DNA from: an uncultured Faecalibacterium sp.
Lineage (GTDB): Bacteria > Bacillota > Clostridia > Oscillospirales > Ruminococcaceae
Assembly (NCBI GenBank): GCA_944385995.1
Contig: CALWZL010000001.1
Location: forward strand, 46,382 to 110,381
DNA: 64,000 nt
Direction: 5' to 3'
This document shows positions 27,530 through 37,625 of this stretch, piece after piece. A program made the translations under genes and the position numbers. The notes beneath the pieces were generated by a model. The model was not told the origin of the DNA. It worked only from the letters and a program-made list of their open reading frames with translations, and did not search any database. How positions within the stretch are numbered: position 1 is the first letter of the stretch; each line of letters opens with the position of its first letter.

Positions 27530-27735
27530 GATCCTTTACCTCGCTTTTCGCCGGGCGGGGAGCCCGGGCAGTACTTTCTATTAGTATAGCATACTTGACG
27601 GAAAAATACAGGCCCTTTGCCAGATTTTTGACAGTCTGGACGAAAAGCCGCCACAGCGCAAAAAAGGCCGCCGCTCGGGCGGGAGGACCCGAAGAGCGGC
27701 GGCCTTGGTTGATTGTAACGTCGTCTGTGCTGCAA

Positions 27736-27921
27736 TCAGCGGACGGTGTGCATCCGCATCGGCTTGCTGCTGGCGCGGACCAGATGGCGGACCAGCACAA
27801 CAGGCCACAGCAGGGTATTGAGGACGATCTCGACCGGCTTGACATCCACAGTATCCATACTGCTGATGCCGGTGAAGATCAGACAGGCAATGCCACAACC
27901 AAGAATGTAACAGTACAACAT
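27736..27921 (-). CDS. Small membrane protein (61 aa)
   Basis: GGAGG RBS before ATG 27921; two hydrophobic stretches, LLWP motif; own promoter TTGACT-17-TATAGT at 28067-28039. Confidence 0.7.
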   Translation of the reverse strand: MLYCYILGCGIACLIFTGISSMDTVDVKPVEIVLNTLLWPVVLVRHLVRASSKPMRMHTVR

Positions 27922-28365
27922 GTGCAAACCTCCACAAAAAGATTCGGCCGCGAAGGGCCATTTTATTTTTCAGGCCGGGTGATCTGCCCGCGCCCTGATT
28001 CATCATCCGCGGGGGGCTGCGCGCCCTTCCGCATCCTTACTATACCGCAAATGAGCAGTAAAGTCAATGGGGTGATATGCTGAAAAAATAGAAGGTGTGG
28101 CTTGAATGAAAGTATAATCACGAAAGTGAATTGCCGGAAAATGGTTTACTTTTTGACGCTAAAGCGAGCCGCCGAAATGTCCGCTCAGCAAGGACAGAGC
28201 CGGGGTGTTTTGGCAGGAAAAGGGGCGGTTTGTGCGCGCAATATGAACAAAATGTGAATACAGCACACCCGGCCCGGAGGACGGAATTTCATGCCGGAGG
28301 CAATGAAACCCGGTCCTGAAACGTATTCCTTTCAAAGAAAAACTTTCCAAAAGGAGGCGCGGAAG

Positions 28366-29223
28366 ATGGAACGCTTGAAAGGATGCAGCCGGAAACTGAT
28401 GATTCTGCTGGCGCTGCTGGTGTTGACGGCGGGTCTGGCCCTGCCCGCCGCGGCGGATATGGGGCCCAAGCCCTCGGTGGAGGTGGTCTTTCGGGGTCTG
28501 GAGGGCCAGAGATACCAGGTGACCCTGTTGGCCGATGTCACCCAGTATGGGCCATGGTCGGCGAATCAGGGGTACAGCGACTGGATGGGAGACCCGGAGG
28601 GCTGGGATGCCTTTGCCGGCTATCCGGCGCCGGAGGGCTGGTACTTTTTGGGGGAATACGCCGACTGTACCGAGACCGGACGCTTTGTCTGGAGCTATTA
28701 TCCCCCGGAGACTTTTTATGTTCTGGTCTGGCTGCCGGACAGCGGCCGCTACCTGTGCAGCACCCAGCCTGTGAGCCGGTACGCCTTTGACAGCCGGTTC
28801 ACTGCCGCAGTCGAAGGAAACGCCCTCACCGTCCAGCCCAGCTACGACTATGCCGGGGAGGCGGCGGGATTGGTGGTGCGGGCCGCGCTGACCATCCTGC
28901 TGGAGACGGCGGCGGCCTGGCTCCTGTTTGGACTGCGGCGGCGGGATCAGTGGATCCTGATCCTCAAGGTCAACCTGGTGACCCAGCTGGCTTTGAATCT
29001 CCTGCTCAACCTGTGCGGCTATTTCTATGGCCCCCTGTGGACGGCCATGGCATATGGCTTGCTGGAATTGCTGGTCTTTGTGGCCGAGGGCTGGGCCTAT
29101 GCCCGGTGGCTGCGGTGGGGCGAGGACCAAAAACCCCATCCCTGGCTGTATGCCCTGGCGTCCAACATCCTGTCCTTTGCGGCGGGCTGGGAATTGGCCC
29201 GCTGGCTGCCGGGGGTCTTTTGA
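28366..29223 (+). CDS. Exported membrane protein of unknown function
   Basis: AAGGAGG RBS; signal peptide (..PAAA-DMGPKPS), aromatic-rich domain, ~4 C-terminal TM helices. Confidence 0.82.
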   Translation: MERLKGCSRKLMILLALLVLTAGLALPAAADMGPKPSVEVVFRGLEGQRYQVTLLADVTQYGPWSANQGYSDWMGDPEGWDAFAGYPAPEGWYFLGEYADCTETGRFVWSYYPPETFYVLVWLPDSGRYLCSTQPVSRYAFDSRFTAAVEGNALTVQPSYDYAGEAAGLVVRAALTILLETAAAWLLFGLRRRDQWILILKVNLVTQLALNLLLNLCGYFYGPLWTAMAYGLLELLVFVAEGWAYARWLRWGEDQKPHPWLYALASNILSFAAGWELARWLPGVF

Positions 29224-29353
29224 GATTGCAAACACTCCTAAAAGTTATCAATAATCGATATAAAAATTGTTCTTATTGACAAAAGAAGCCTCTGCTAGTA
29301 TAATGATAGATGCACAGCTGGCATTTATGCTCAAAGAAAGGAGAGGTCATTTT

Positions 29354-29953
29354 ATGGCACGGGCATCGCAGGTTGTCTTATCAGAGAACGAATATTACCT
29401 GATTAAAGCACCCAACGGAAAGGTCCTGGAAGTGAAGGATTTCAGCACGGCAAACGGCGCGTTCATCCAGCTGTGGGATTACGCCGGACACCCGTGGCAG
29501 CAGTGGCGGTTTGTGGACGCAGGCGAAGGGCGCTGGCGGATTCAGAACCGGTTCACCGGCAAGATGATCGATCTGGTTCAGGACGGCGTGGTGGAAGGCA
29601 CCTGGCTGCATCAATGGAGCCGCACCAGCGGGCTGAGCCAGTGCTGGGTATTGGAGCCGCTGCGGAACGGCCGGACCCGGATTCGCAGCGTGTTGGCCAA
29701 CAAGTACATCGATCTGGTGGGGATGAATACCTCCAATGGCGCCCAGGCGCAGATTTGGCTGGAAGTGCAGGGAGGCAATCAGGAGTGGAATCTGGAACGG
29801 GTGGATGACATCACAGCCCGGACAGCGCCCCACACCGACGAAATGGCATACCCCCACGGGCCGACGCCGGGGCAGCGGCGCCATCAGGATGATCTGGTGC
29901 GGAAGCTGAACCAGTCGGGCAAGGGCCGCACCCGCAAAGGCGGCAAAGCCTGA
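29354..29953 (+). CDS. Ricin-type beta-trefoil lectin domain protein, no signal peptide
   Basis: Repeated QxW motifs (QLW, QQW, HQW, QCW, QIW, QEW); GAAAGGAG RBS. Confidence 0.88.
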   Translation: MARASQVVLSENEYYLIKAPNGKVLEVKDFSTANGAFIQLWDYAGHPWQQWRFVDAGEGRWRIQNRFTGKMIDLVQDGVVEGTWLHQWSRTSGLSQCWVLEPLRNGRTRIRSVLANKYIDLVGMNTSNGAQAQIWLEVQGGNQEWNLERVDDITARTAPHTDEMAYPHGPTPGQRRHQDDLVRKLNQSGKGRTRKGGKA

Positions 29954-30047
29954 CCCAACCGAACAAAAACCAGAGGCGCCCCGCCAGGCAATCGGGCCCG
30001 GCGGGGCGCCTTTCTGCATCGAATCACAAGGAGAGAGGGAATCTAAG

Positions 30048-30548
30048 ATGTCACTGGCCCAAAATACAACCCTGTGTTACCTGGAGCGGGACGGCGCGTG
30101 GCTGATGCTCCACCGGGTCAAAAAGAAAAACGACTGCAACCACGACAAATGGATTGGGGTGGGGGGCAAATTTGAAGCCTGCGAGAGCCCGGAAGAATGC
30201 CTGCTGCGGGAGGTGAAAGAGGAGACCGGGGTCACCCTGACCCGGTGGCGGTATCGGGGGATCATCACCTTTGTGCTGGACGGGGTGGGAGAATATATGC
30301 ACCTGTTCACCGCCGACCAGTGGGAAGGGGAGCCCGCCTGCGGGGACAGCGCCGAAGGGGTGCTGGAATGGGTGCCGCGGGAGCAGGTGCCCGCCCTGCC
30401 CATCTGGGAGGGAGACAAGATCTTTTTCCGGCTGATGGCGGAGGAACAGCCCTTTTTCTCCCTGAAACTTTGCTACCGGGGAGATACGCTGACAGAAGTT
30501 TTGCTGAACGGAAAGAAACTGGAGCCAACATCCGGCTGGATCCGCTGA
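30048..30548 (+). CDS. NUDIX hydrolase (8-oxo-dGTP diphosphatase-like)
   Basis: Nudix box GGKFE..ESPEECLLREVKEETG; WEGD motif. Confidence 0.92.
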   Translation: MSLAQNTTLCYLERDGAWLMLHRVKKKNDCNHDKWIGVGGKFEACESPEECLLREVKEETGVTLTRWRYRGIITFVLDGVGEYMHLFTADQWEGEPACGDSAEGVLEWVPREQVPALPIWEGDKIFFRLMAEEQPFFSLKLCYRGDTLTEVLLNGKKLEPTSGWIR

Positions 30549-30794
30549 AAATCACCGGGCGCCTGTGCAGACAGGCGCTTTTTCCATGCCCTGGCCGCGG
30601 CGGCCCCGGGAAAACTGGCAAAATCCGGGCAGAAGCTTTATAAAATACTGTTTTTCTGACGTTTTGGGGGAAGATTATGGGGCGGTTTGCACATTGTGCA
30701 GGCGGGGGCGTTGTGGTACAATAGCCGCTGCATAGCCGATCAAAAGGCTGGCGTAAATGATTTGGGATTTTCAGAGCAAAAGAAGGGATTTGTT

Positions 30795-31199
30795 TTGCGC
30801 TATCTGCGTCAATTTTTGTGGATCATTGGTTTTACTCTGGTGGGTGAGGTGCTGCACGCTGTACTGCCCCTGCCGGTGCCGGCAGCTGTGTGGGGCCTGG
30901 TGCTGCTGTTCATCGCCCTGGAAAGCGGAAAACTCAAGCTCAGCTCGGTCCAGGACTGCGGGCAGTTTATGCTGGGTCTGATGCCGGTGCTGTTTATTGC
31001 CCCGTCGGTGGGCCTGATGGACAGCTGGTCTATGCTGGCCAGCGTTTGGCCGGCGGTTCTGGCCATCATCGTCCTGTCCACGGTGGTGGTGTTCGCCGTG
31101 AGCGGCGTGGTGACCCAGACCCTGATGGATTTTGCCAGCGCCCGGGAGAACGCCGGACAGCCGATGGTGGGACAGGCAGAGGAGGTTTCCGATGAGTGA
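30795..31199 (+). CDS. lrgA: CidA/LrgA family holin-like protein
   Basis: QFLWII..GE..LPVPA..WGLVLLF, LFIAPSVG; probable TTG start after AGAAGGGA. Confidence 0.88.
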   Translation: MRYLRQFLWIIGFTLVGEVLHAVLPLPVPAAVWGLVLLFIALESGKLKLSSVQDCGQFMLGLMPVLFIAPSVGLMDSWSMLASVWPAVLAIIVLSTVVVFAVSGVVTQTLMDFASARENAGQPMVGQAEEVSDE

Positions 31200-31875
31200 G
31201 TTCATTTCCGGGTCGGCGCTGTTTGCCATCCTGCTGACCTTCGGCGCCTACGAACTGGGACGGATGTTCCAGAAGAAAACCCGCATGGCGATTTTCAATC
31301 CGATTTTGGTGGCGGCCCTTCTGGTGGGGGTGGTGCTGGTCCTGACCGGTACCCCCAACCAGGTCTATCAGGACCACTGCGAGACCTTTTCCTGGCTGCT
31401 GACCCCGGCTACCGTCTGCCTGGCCATTCCGCTGTATGCCCAGTTCAGCCGCCTGCGCCATGACCTGCCCGCCATTCTGGCAGGGGTGACAGCCGGTACC
31501 CTGGTGAGCATGGGATTTGTTCTGCTGCTGACCCGTCTGTGCCGCCTGAACGATGTTTTGACCGCTTCCCTGCTGCCCAAGAGCATCACCACCGCCATGG
31601 GCATTGTGGTGAGCGAGGCGGGCGGCGGCGAACCCGCCATCACCACCGCCGCCATCATTCTGACCGGCATTCTGGGCAGTATTTTTGGACCGTGGCTGTG
31701 CAAGGTGCTGCGGCTTCATGGCCCTGCCGCCCAGGGCGTGGCGTTTGGGACCTCGGCCCACGTGGTGGGGACTTCCAAGGCGGCTGAAATCAGCCAGACC
31801 GCCGAGGCTGTGAGCAGCCTGTCGCTGGTATTTGCGGGAATTTTGACCGCGGTGATCTGCCCGATGCTGATGTGA
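31192..31875 (+). CDS. lrgB: LrgB family membrane protein
   Basis: NPIL, LLTPATVCLAIPLY, PKSITT, G.A.GTSAHVVGT motifs. Confidence 0.92.
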   Translation: MSEFISGSALFAILLTFGAYELGRMFQKKTRMAIFNPILVAALLVGVVLVLTGTPNQVYQDHCETFSWLLTPATVCLAIPLYAQFSRLRHDLPAILAGVTAGTLVSMGFVLLLTRLCRLNDVLTASLLPKSITTAMGIVVSEAGGGEPAITTAAIILTGILGSIFGPWLCKVLRLHGPAAQGVAFGTSAHVVGTSKAAEISQTAEAVSSLSLVFAGILTAVICPMLM

Positions 31876-32253
31876 GACGGGGCAGGTCCATCTTTCTTTT
31901 GCCATTTCCGGGCGCGAAGGCAGGCGTCTGAAACGAAAAGGAAAACCGGTATTCTGCGAGCTGAGCGGCTGGCAGGAAGCCGGTTTTTTGGTTTTTATGG
32001 GGGTTGCCGTTGACCAAATTTTCTGTGCCAGACGCTCCGATTTTATCATCGAATCCCACCCGCCGCCCATAGCGGAACCCCCAGCCCTGCGGGCTCGCCC
32101 CCATGGGGCTCTAAACCTAAAACTTGTTCAAACACAAAACCCCCGCTCCAAAACCATGGAGCGAGGGTTTGTTTTGATTCTGAAGTTTTACGACAGGTAA
32201 AATCAGTCGGAAGATAATCTATTTGTAACTTTACATCGTGCCGGGTCGGTGCT

Positions 32254-32369
32254 CTCTTGCGCTTAGCCAATTTTCCCTGCGGGCCGCACAGCGCCCTTGT
32301 GAAAATTGGAGCGCGGCGCCAAACACACCTGGCTGTTTTGTCCACTGGACCCGCTTCGGCGTGTTTGCC
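32254..32369 (-). repeat. Dispersed structured element, copy B
   Basis: Reverse complement aligns with 14428-14540. Confidence 0.85.
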
Positions 32370-32488
32370 CGGACCTGACGTGAGCGCGGTACAGTCTGCA
32401 ACCCTCTGCCGCCTCATAAAGAGCGGCCAGAGTGTATGGTACCCAGTAAAGTTCTTTTTGCCTTCTTTTTCTTTCAAGAAAAAGAAGG

Positions 32489-34300
32489 TTAGTCGTCGGA
32501 GTTGTCGAGTTTGAGGACGGCGGTGAAGGCTTCGCTGGGGAGGGAGACAGAGCCGAGCTGGCGCATCTTCTTTTTGCCTTCTTTCTGCTTTTCCAGCAGC
32601 TTCTTTTTGCGGGTGATGTCGCCGCCATAGCACTTGGCCAGAACATCCTTGCGCAGTGCCTTGACCGTTTCCCGGGCAATAATCTTGCCGCCCACGGCCG
32701 CCTGAATCGGAATCTCGAACAGGGTACGGGGAATGTTGTCCCGCAGCTTCTCGCAGATTCGGCGGCCCTTGGAATAGGCGTTGTCCCGGAATACAATCAT
32801 GGACAAAGCGTCCACGGGATCGCCGACCAGCAGGAAATCCAGCCGGACCAGATCGCTCTCCCGGTACTCCTTGAACTCGTAGTCGTAGCTGGCATAGCCG
32901 CGGCTCCGGCTCTTGATGGCGTCAAAGAAGTCATAGACAATCTCGCCCAGAGGCATCGCGTAGTGGAGGTCCACCCGGACATCGTCCAGATACTTCATGT
33001 CGATGAGCTCGCCCCGCTTTTGCTGGCAGAGATCCATCAGGCCGCCCACATAGTCGTTGGGGGTGTAGAGGTGGACATCCACAAAGGGCTCTTCCTGCTT
33101 GGCAATCTGGGAGGGATCGGGATATTCGGAGGGGTTGGAAATGATCTTGACGGTGCCGTCGGTCAGGGTGATCCGGTACTGGACGCCGGGGGTGGTGGTG
33201 ACCAGGTCCAGATCGAATTCCCGCTCCAGACGCTCGGTGATGATCTCCATGTGGAGCAGGCCCAGGAAGCCGCACCGGAAGCCGAAGCCCAGGGCGGCGC
33301 TGTTCTCAGGCTCGTAGGTCAGGGATGCGTCGTTGAGCTGGAGCTTTTCCAGGGCGTCCTTCAGGTCGGGGTACCGCTTGCCGTCGGCAGGGTAGACGCC
33401 GCAGAACACCATGGGCTTGACCTGGCGGTAGCCGGGCAGGGCCTCGGCGGTGGGATTGTCGGCCAGGGTGACGGTGTCGCCCACCCGGGTATCCTGGACT
33501 GTCTTGATGCTGGCGGTCAGATAACCGACTTCGCCGGCGGACAGCTGGTCACAGGGAGAGAGATTGGTGGCCCCCATGTGGCCCACCTCCACCAAGGTGA
33601 ATTTGGCCCCGGTGGCCATCAGCAGGATGGTGTCGCCCGGCTTGACGGTGCCCTCAAAGACCCGGATGTAGACGATAACGCCCTTGTAGCTGTCATAGAC
33701 GCTGTCGAAAATCAGGGCTTTCAGGGGGGCGTCGGGGTCCCCGGCAGGGGCCGGAATGTCCGACACCACCCGCTCCAGGACCTCGCCCACATTCAGGCCG
33801 GTCTTGGCCGAGATGCGGGGCGCGTCGAGACAGGGCAGACCAATGACATCCTCCACCTCGTGGGCCACCTCATCGGGGTGGGCGCTGGGCAGATCGATTT
33901 TGTTCAGGACCGGCACGATTTCCAGATCGTGTTCCAGGGCCATATAGGTGTTGGCCAGGGTCTGGGCCTCCACGCCCTGGGTGGCGTCCACCACCAGGAT
34001 GGCGCCTTCACAGGCGGCCAGGCTGCGGCTGACTTCGTAGGCAAAGTCAACGTGGCCCGGGGTGTCGATGAGGTTCAGCTCATAGACCTGCCCGTCCTGG
34101 GCGGTATAGTGCATGGTGACGGCGCGGGCCTTGATGGTGATGCCCCGCTCCCGCTCGATGTCCATGTTGTCCAGAATCTGATCGGACATGGTCCGCTCAT
34201 CCACGCTCTCGGTCAGTTCCAGGATGCGGTCGGAGAGGGTGGATTTGCCGTGGTCGATGTGGGCGATGATGCAGAAATTGCGGATATTTTTGTTTGCCAT
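32489..34300 (-). CDS. lepA: Translation elongation factor 4
   Basis: [46 protein letters not shown] motifs. Confidence 0.99.
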   Translation of the reverse strand: MANKNIRNFCIIAHIDHGKSTLSDRILELTESVDERTMSDQILDNMDIERERGITIKARAVTMHYTAQDGQVYELNLIDTPGHVDFAYEVSRSLAACEGAILVVDATQGVEAQTLANTYMALEHDLEIVPVLNKIDLPSAHPDEVAHEVEDVIGLPCLDAPRISAKTGLNVGEVLERVVSDIPAPAGDPDAPLKALIFDSVYDSYKGVIVYIRVFEGTVKPGDTILLMATGAKFTLVEVGHMGATNLSPCDQLSAGEVGYLTASIKTVQDTRVGDTVTLADNPTAEALPGYRQVKPMVFCGVYPADGKRYPDLKDALEKLQLNDASLTYEPENSAALGFGFRCGFLGLLHMEIITERLEREFDLDLVTTTPGVQYRITLTDGTVKIISNPSEYPDPSQIAKQEEPFVDVHLYTPNDYVGGLMDLCQQKRGELIDMKYLDDVRVDLHYAMPLGEIVYDFFDAIKSRSRGYASYDYEFKEYRESDLVRLDFLLVGDPVDALSMIVFRDNAYSKGRRICEKLRDNIPRTLFEIPIQAAVGGKIIARETVKALRKDVLAKCYGGDITRKKKLLEKQKEGKKKMRQLGSVSLPSEAFTAVLKLDNSDD

Positions 34301-34341
34301 GGGTTCCTCCGTGCAACGAGTGAAGGGAATCGGGTGATGGT

Positions 34342-35541
34342 TCAGCTGTCCAGGTGGTCATCCACGCAGACCGGCTGCCCCTGTTCCAGATAGACCCGGG
34401 GCACCCGGCGGGCTACCCCGCAGAGAATCTCATAGGAAATGGTACCAGTCTTTTGGGCGATGGTCTCGGCGGTGTCGCCGGCGCTGCTGCCGCCCCACAG
34501 GATGGCCTCATCCCCTTCGGCGACGCCGGGCAGATCGGTGACATCCACCAGCATCTGATCCATGCAGACCCGGCCCAGGGTGGGGCAGGGGCGGCCGTGG
34601 AGATCCACAATCCCTTTGCCCTCGCTGAGCAGACGGGGATAGCCGTCGGCATAGCCGGCACAGAGGGTGGCGGCCAGGGTGGGACGCTGGGCGGTAAAAC
34701 GGCGGCCATAGCTGACCGATTGGCCGGGCTGGAGTTCCTTGACCATGCTGACCACCGTCTTGAGGGTCATGACGGGGCGCAGGTCGGGGCAGGAAACGTC
34801 GGCGCTGGGCGGATAACCGTATAAGATGATGCCGGGCCGGCCCATGCAGCGCTCCCGGGGCAGGCCGGCGGGCCAGTCGGGATGGAGCAGGGTGCCGGCG
34901 GAATTGTCGCAGTGGACCAGGGCGGGTTCCCGTCCGGCAGCCCGGAGGGCTTCAAAAGCCCGGACAAACAGTGCATGCTGTTCGGCGGTATAGGCGACGC
35001 TGTCCCCGGCGGCCTCATCGGCGGCGGCAAAGTGCTGGAACAGGCCGGTCATCTCCAATCCCGGCAGAGAGGCAGAGGCCAGCATCTCCCGGATAGACCC
35101 GTCGAAGTCGCTGCGGAGGGGAAAACCAATCCGGCCCATCCCGGTGTCCGCCTTGAGATGAATCTGGACCCGGACCCCTGCCTTTTGGGCCTCCTGAGAG
35201 AGAGCCCGGGCATAGGGCAGGGAGTAGCAGCACTGGGTGATCCGGTATTCTGCCAGAACAGGGGCGTACTGGGGCTCGGTGCGGCCCAGAATCAGGATGG
35301 GCAGCTTCTGGCCGGCCCGGCGAAGCTCCAGGGCCTCGGTGAGGCGGCTGACCGCCAGCCAGGCGGCGCCGGCCTGGGCAAAGGCCTGGGCGCACCGGAC
35401 GGCGCCGTGGCCATAGGCGTCGGCCTTGACCACCGCGCACAGGGGCAGGCCGGCGGCCTGCTGCTGGGTGATACGAAAATTGTGGCGCAGGGCGTCCAGG
35501 TCGATTTCGGCCCAGACGTGCCGCTCAAAGGGAACGTTCAT
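34342..35541 (-). CDS. alr: Alanine racemase
   Basis: [39 protein letters not shown] motifs. Confidence 0.96.
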   Translation of the reverse strand: MNVPFERHVWAEIDLDALRHNFRITQQQAAGLPLCAVVKADAYGHGAVRCAQAFAQAGAAWLAVSRLTEALELRRAGQKLPILILGRTEPQYAPVLAEYRITQCCYSLPYARALSQEAQKAGVRVQIHLKADTGMGRIGFPLRSDFDGSIREMLASASLPGLEMTGLFQHFAAADEAAGDSVAYTAEQHALFVRAFEALRAAGREPALVHCDNSAGTLLHPDWPAGLPRERCMGRPGIILYGYPPSADVSCPDLRPVMTLKTVVSMVKELQPGQSVSYGRRFTAQRPTLAATLCAGYADGYPRLLSEGKGIVDLHGRPCPTLGRVCMDQMLVDVTDLPGVAEGDEAILWGGSSAGDTAETIAQKTGTISYEILCGVARRVPRVYLEQGQPVCVDDHLDS

Positions 35542-36335
35542 ACTTTCTCCTCCGCCTCTCCATGTTGCTGTTTGATTTTGAAAGAACCCCGCCCGGTATG
35601 CAGCGGACGCCAGCCGTCAATTCCACTCTCCTGCAGGGCGTGCAGGGTCTTTTGACGGAAGGCGTGGTCGGTACGGCACCGCTCCTGGACAAAGTCCTTG
35701 GTCCGCTCCCGGGTGGTGGTGCCGTCGGCGGGGCAGCGGCTCTTGACGATGGGGAGCCCCTCCTCGTAGACGGCGGCCCGGACTTCCGACTCGGTGGCCA
35801 AAAGCATGGGCCGAATCAGGGTCAGATCCCGCCGGGACAGGTAGGTCACCGGAGAAAAACACCCGATCCGTCCCTCCTGCCACAGGTTCATATAAAAGGT
35901 CTCGATGGCGTCATCCAGGTGGTGCCCCAGGGCAACCTTGTTGCAGCCCAGCTCCTGAGCCGCCGTGTGAAGGGCGCCCCGGCGGAGCTTGGCACAGAGG
36001 GCGCAGGGATTTTTTTCCTGCCGCTCCTCAAAGATGACCGGCCCGATGTCGGTGCGCCGGACCTGGTAGGGAATCCCGTACCGCTCCATCAGGGCGGCCA
36101 GCGCGGCATAATCGCCGGGCTGCCGGCCAAACTGGGGGTCCAGGGTGACGGCCTGGATCTGGTAGTCAAATCCTATGTATTCCCGCAGCAGGGCCAAACC
36201 CACCGTCAGGGCCACGCTGTCTTTGCCGCCTGAGACGCCCACCAGCACCCGATCCCCGGGGGCCAGCATCTCATAATCCTGGACGGCCTTCCGCATCAGG
36301 CCGGTGAGCCGCTGCATTGCTTTCTGTTCACTCAT
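35538..36335 (-). CDS. ttcA: tRNA 2-thiocytidine biosynthesis TtcA-family protein
   Basis: SGGKDS PP-loop, PCALC..RRG, LGHHLDD, IRP motifs. Confidence 0.85.
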   Translation of the reverse strand: MSEQKAMQRLTGLMRKAVQDYEMLAPGDRVLVGVSGGKDSVALTVGLALLREYIGFDYQIQAVTLDPQFGRQPGDYAALAALMERYGIPYQVRRTDIGPVIFEERQEKNPCALCAKLRRGALHTAAQELGCNKVALGHHLDDAIETFYMNLWQEGRIGCFSPVTYLSRRDLTLIRPMLLATESEVRAAVYEEGLPIVKSRCPADGTTTRERTKDFVQERCRTDHAFRQKTLHALQESGIDGWRPLHTGRGSFKIKQQHGEAEEKV

Positions 36336-36620
36336 GACGGAACCGTCCTTTCCTGCTGGGCAAAGACAGGCGGCGGGCGGCCTGGCGGTGGATTTCTCTG
36401 GGCATGGGGGAAAATCTCCTTTTCAATGGATAATAGACACAAGGTACCTTACAGTATACCACAAAACACAGCGGATTTACAGCGCCGGCACAAAGAAAAC
36501 CCGCCCTGACGGGCCGCGGGAAAAAGCAAAAATACGATTTGAGTATTTGAGAGATTTCAAGAGAAAACAAGAGATTTTCAAAGAATCATAAATTTGCACT
36601 GAAAAAATCAAAAAATCGTG

Positions 36621-36690
36621 TTGACAGGCAGCTTTTGATGGTATATACTATCATTCGCGCCCACCCGGCGCCTGAACTGTTACGAATGCT
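36621..36690 (+). promoter_or_regulatory. rplM promoter and probable L13 autoregulatory leader
   Basis: TTGACA-17-TATACT; leader hairpin cattcg(36652)/cgaatg(36688) containing CCCGG. Confidence 0.6.
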
Positions 36691-36708
36691 TATCAGGAGG
36701 AAATATAT

Positions 36709-37137
36709 ATGAGCACTACTCTCGTAAAGCCCGCTGAAGTCGAGCGCAAGTGGTACCTGCTCGACGCCGCCGGCAAGCCGCTGGGCCGCGTCGCTGCCGA
36801 GGCTGCTGTTCTGCTGCGCGGCAAGCAGAAAGTTGATTTCACCCCCAATGTGGATTGCGGTGACTTTGTGGTCATCGTCAACTGCGACAAGGCAGTCCTG
36901 ACCGGCAAGAAGGCCGAGCAGAAGTTCCACATCACCCATTCTCTGTACATCGGCGGCCTGAAGAAGGTCCAGTACAAGAAGCTGATGGCTGAGAACAGCA
37001 ACCTGGCTATGACCTACGCTGTCAAGGGCATGATCCCTTCCAACACCATCGGTGCCAAGGCTCTGACCCGCCTGCACTGCTACAAGGGTGCTGAGCACGC
37101 TCACGCTGCACAGAAGCCCGAGAAGATCGAGTTCTAA
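36709..37137 (+). CDS. rplM: 50S ribosomal protein L13
   Basis: [25 protein letters not shown]. Confidence 0.99.
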   Translation: MSTTLVKPAEVERKWYLLDAAGKPLGRVAAEAAVLLRGKQKVDFTPNVDCGDFVVIVNCDKAVLTGKKAEQKFHITHSLYIGGLKKVQYKKLMAENSNLAMTYAVKGMIPSNTIGAKALTRLHCYKGAEHAHAAQKPEKIEF

Positions 37138-37154
37138 GAAGGAGGCAATCGAAT

Positions 37155-37553
37155 ATGTACGAAACCAAACCTTATTTCTACGGCACTGGTCGTCGTAAGG
37201 ATTCCGTTGCCCGCGTTCGCGTGTACGCCGGCACCGGCAAGATCACCGTCAACGACCGTGATCTGGACAACTACTTCGGTCTGGAGACCCTGAAGCTGAT
37301 TGTCCGCGCTCCGCTGGTTCTGCTGGGCGTTGAGGACAAGTTTGACGTGGTGGTCCGCGTTGCAGGCGGCGGCGTTTCCGGCCAGGCCGGCGCCATCCGT
37401 CACGGCATCAGCCGCGCCATGCTGCAGCAGAATGAGGAGAACCGTGCCGTCCTGAAGAAGGCTGGTTACCTGACCCGCGATCCTCGTATGAAGGAGCGCA
37501 AGAAGTACGGTCTGAAGGCTGCCCGCCGCGCTCCCCAGTTCTCGAAGCGCTGA
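37155..37553 (+). CDS. rpsI: 30S ribosomal protein S9
   Basis: [27 protein letters not shown]-terminus. Confidence 0.99.
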   Translation: MYETKPYFYGTGRRKDSVARVRVYAGTGKITVNDRDLDNYFGLETLKLIVRAPLVLLGVEDKFDVVVRVAGGGVSGQAGAIRHGISRAMLQQNEENRAVLKKAGYLTRDPRMKERKKYGLKAARRAPQFSKR

Positions 37554-37580
37554 TTTCAGCCCGTCTCTACCTACGCAAAC

Positions 37581-37625
37581 AAACTCCCCGAAACCCTGGT
37601 GGCTTCGGGGAGTTTTTCTGTTTTT
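37581..37625. terminator. Intrinsic terminator after rpsI
   Basis: aaactccccgaa..ttcggggagttttt. Confidence 0.8.

Noticed and set aside
32254-32369. HDV-like ribozyme suggested by GGCTAAG after a long stem
   Set aside because: The 3' strand pairs locally instead of forming the nested P2 pseudoknot, and copy A has T at the would-be catalytic C
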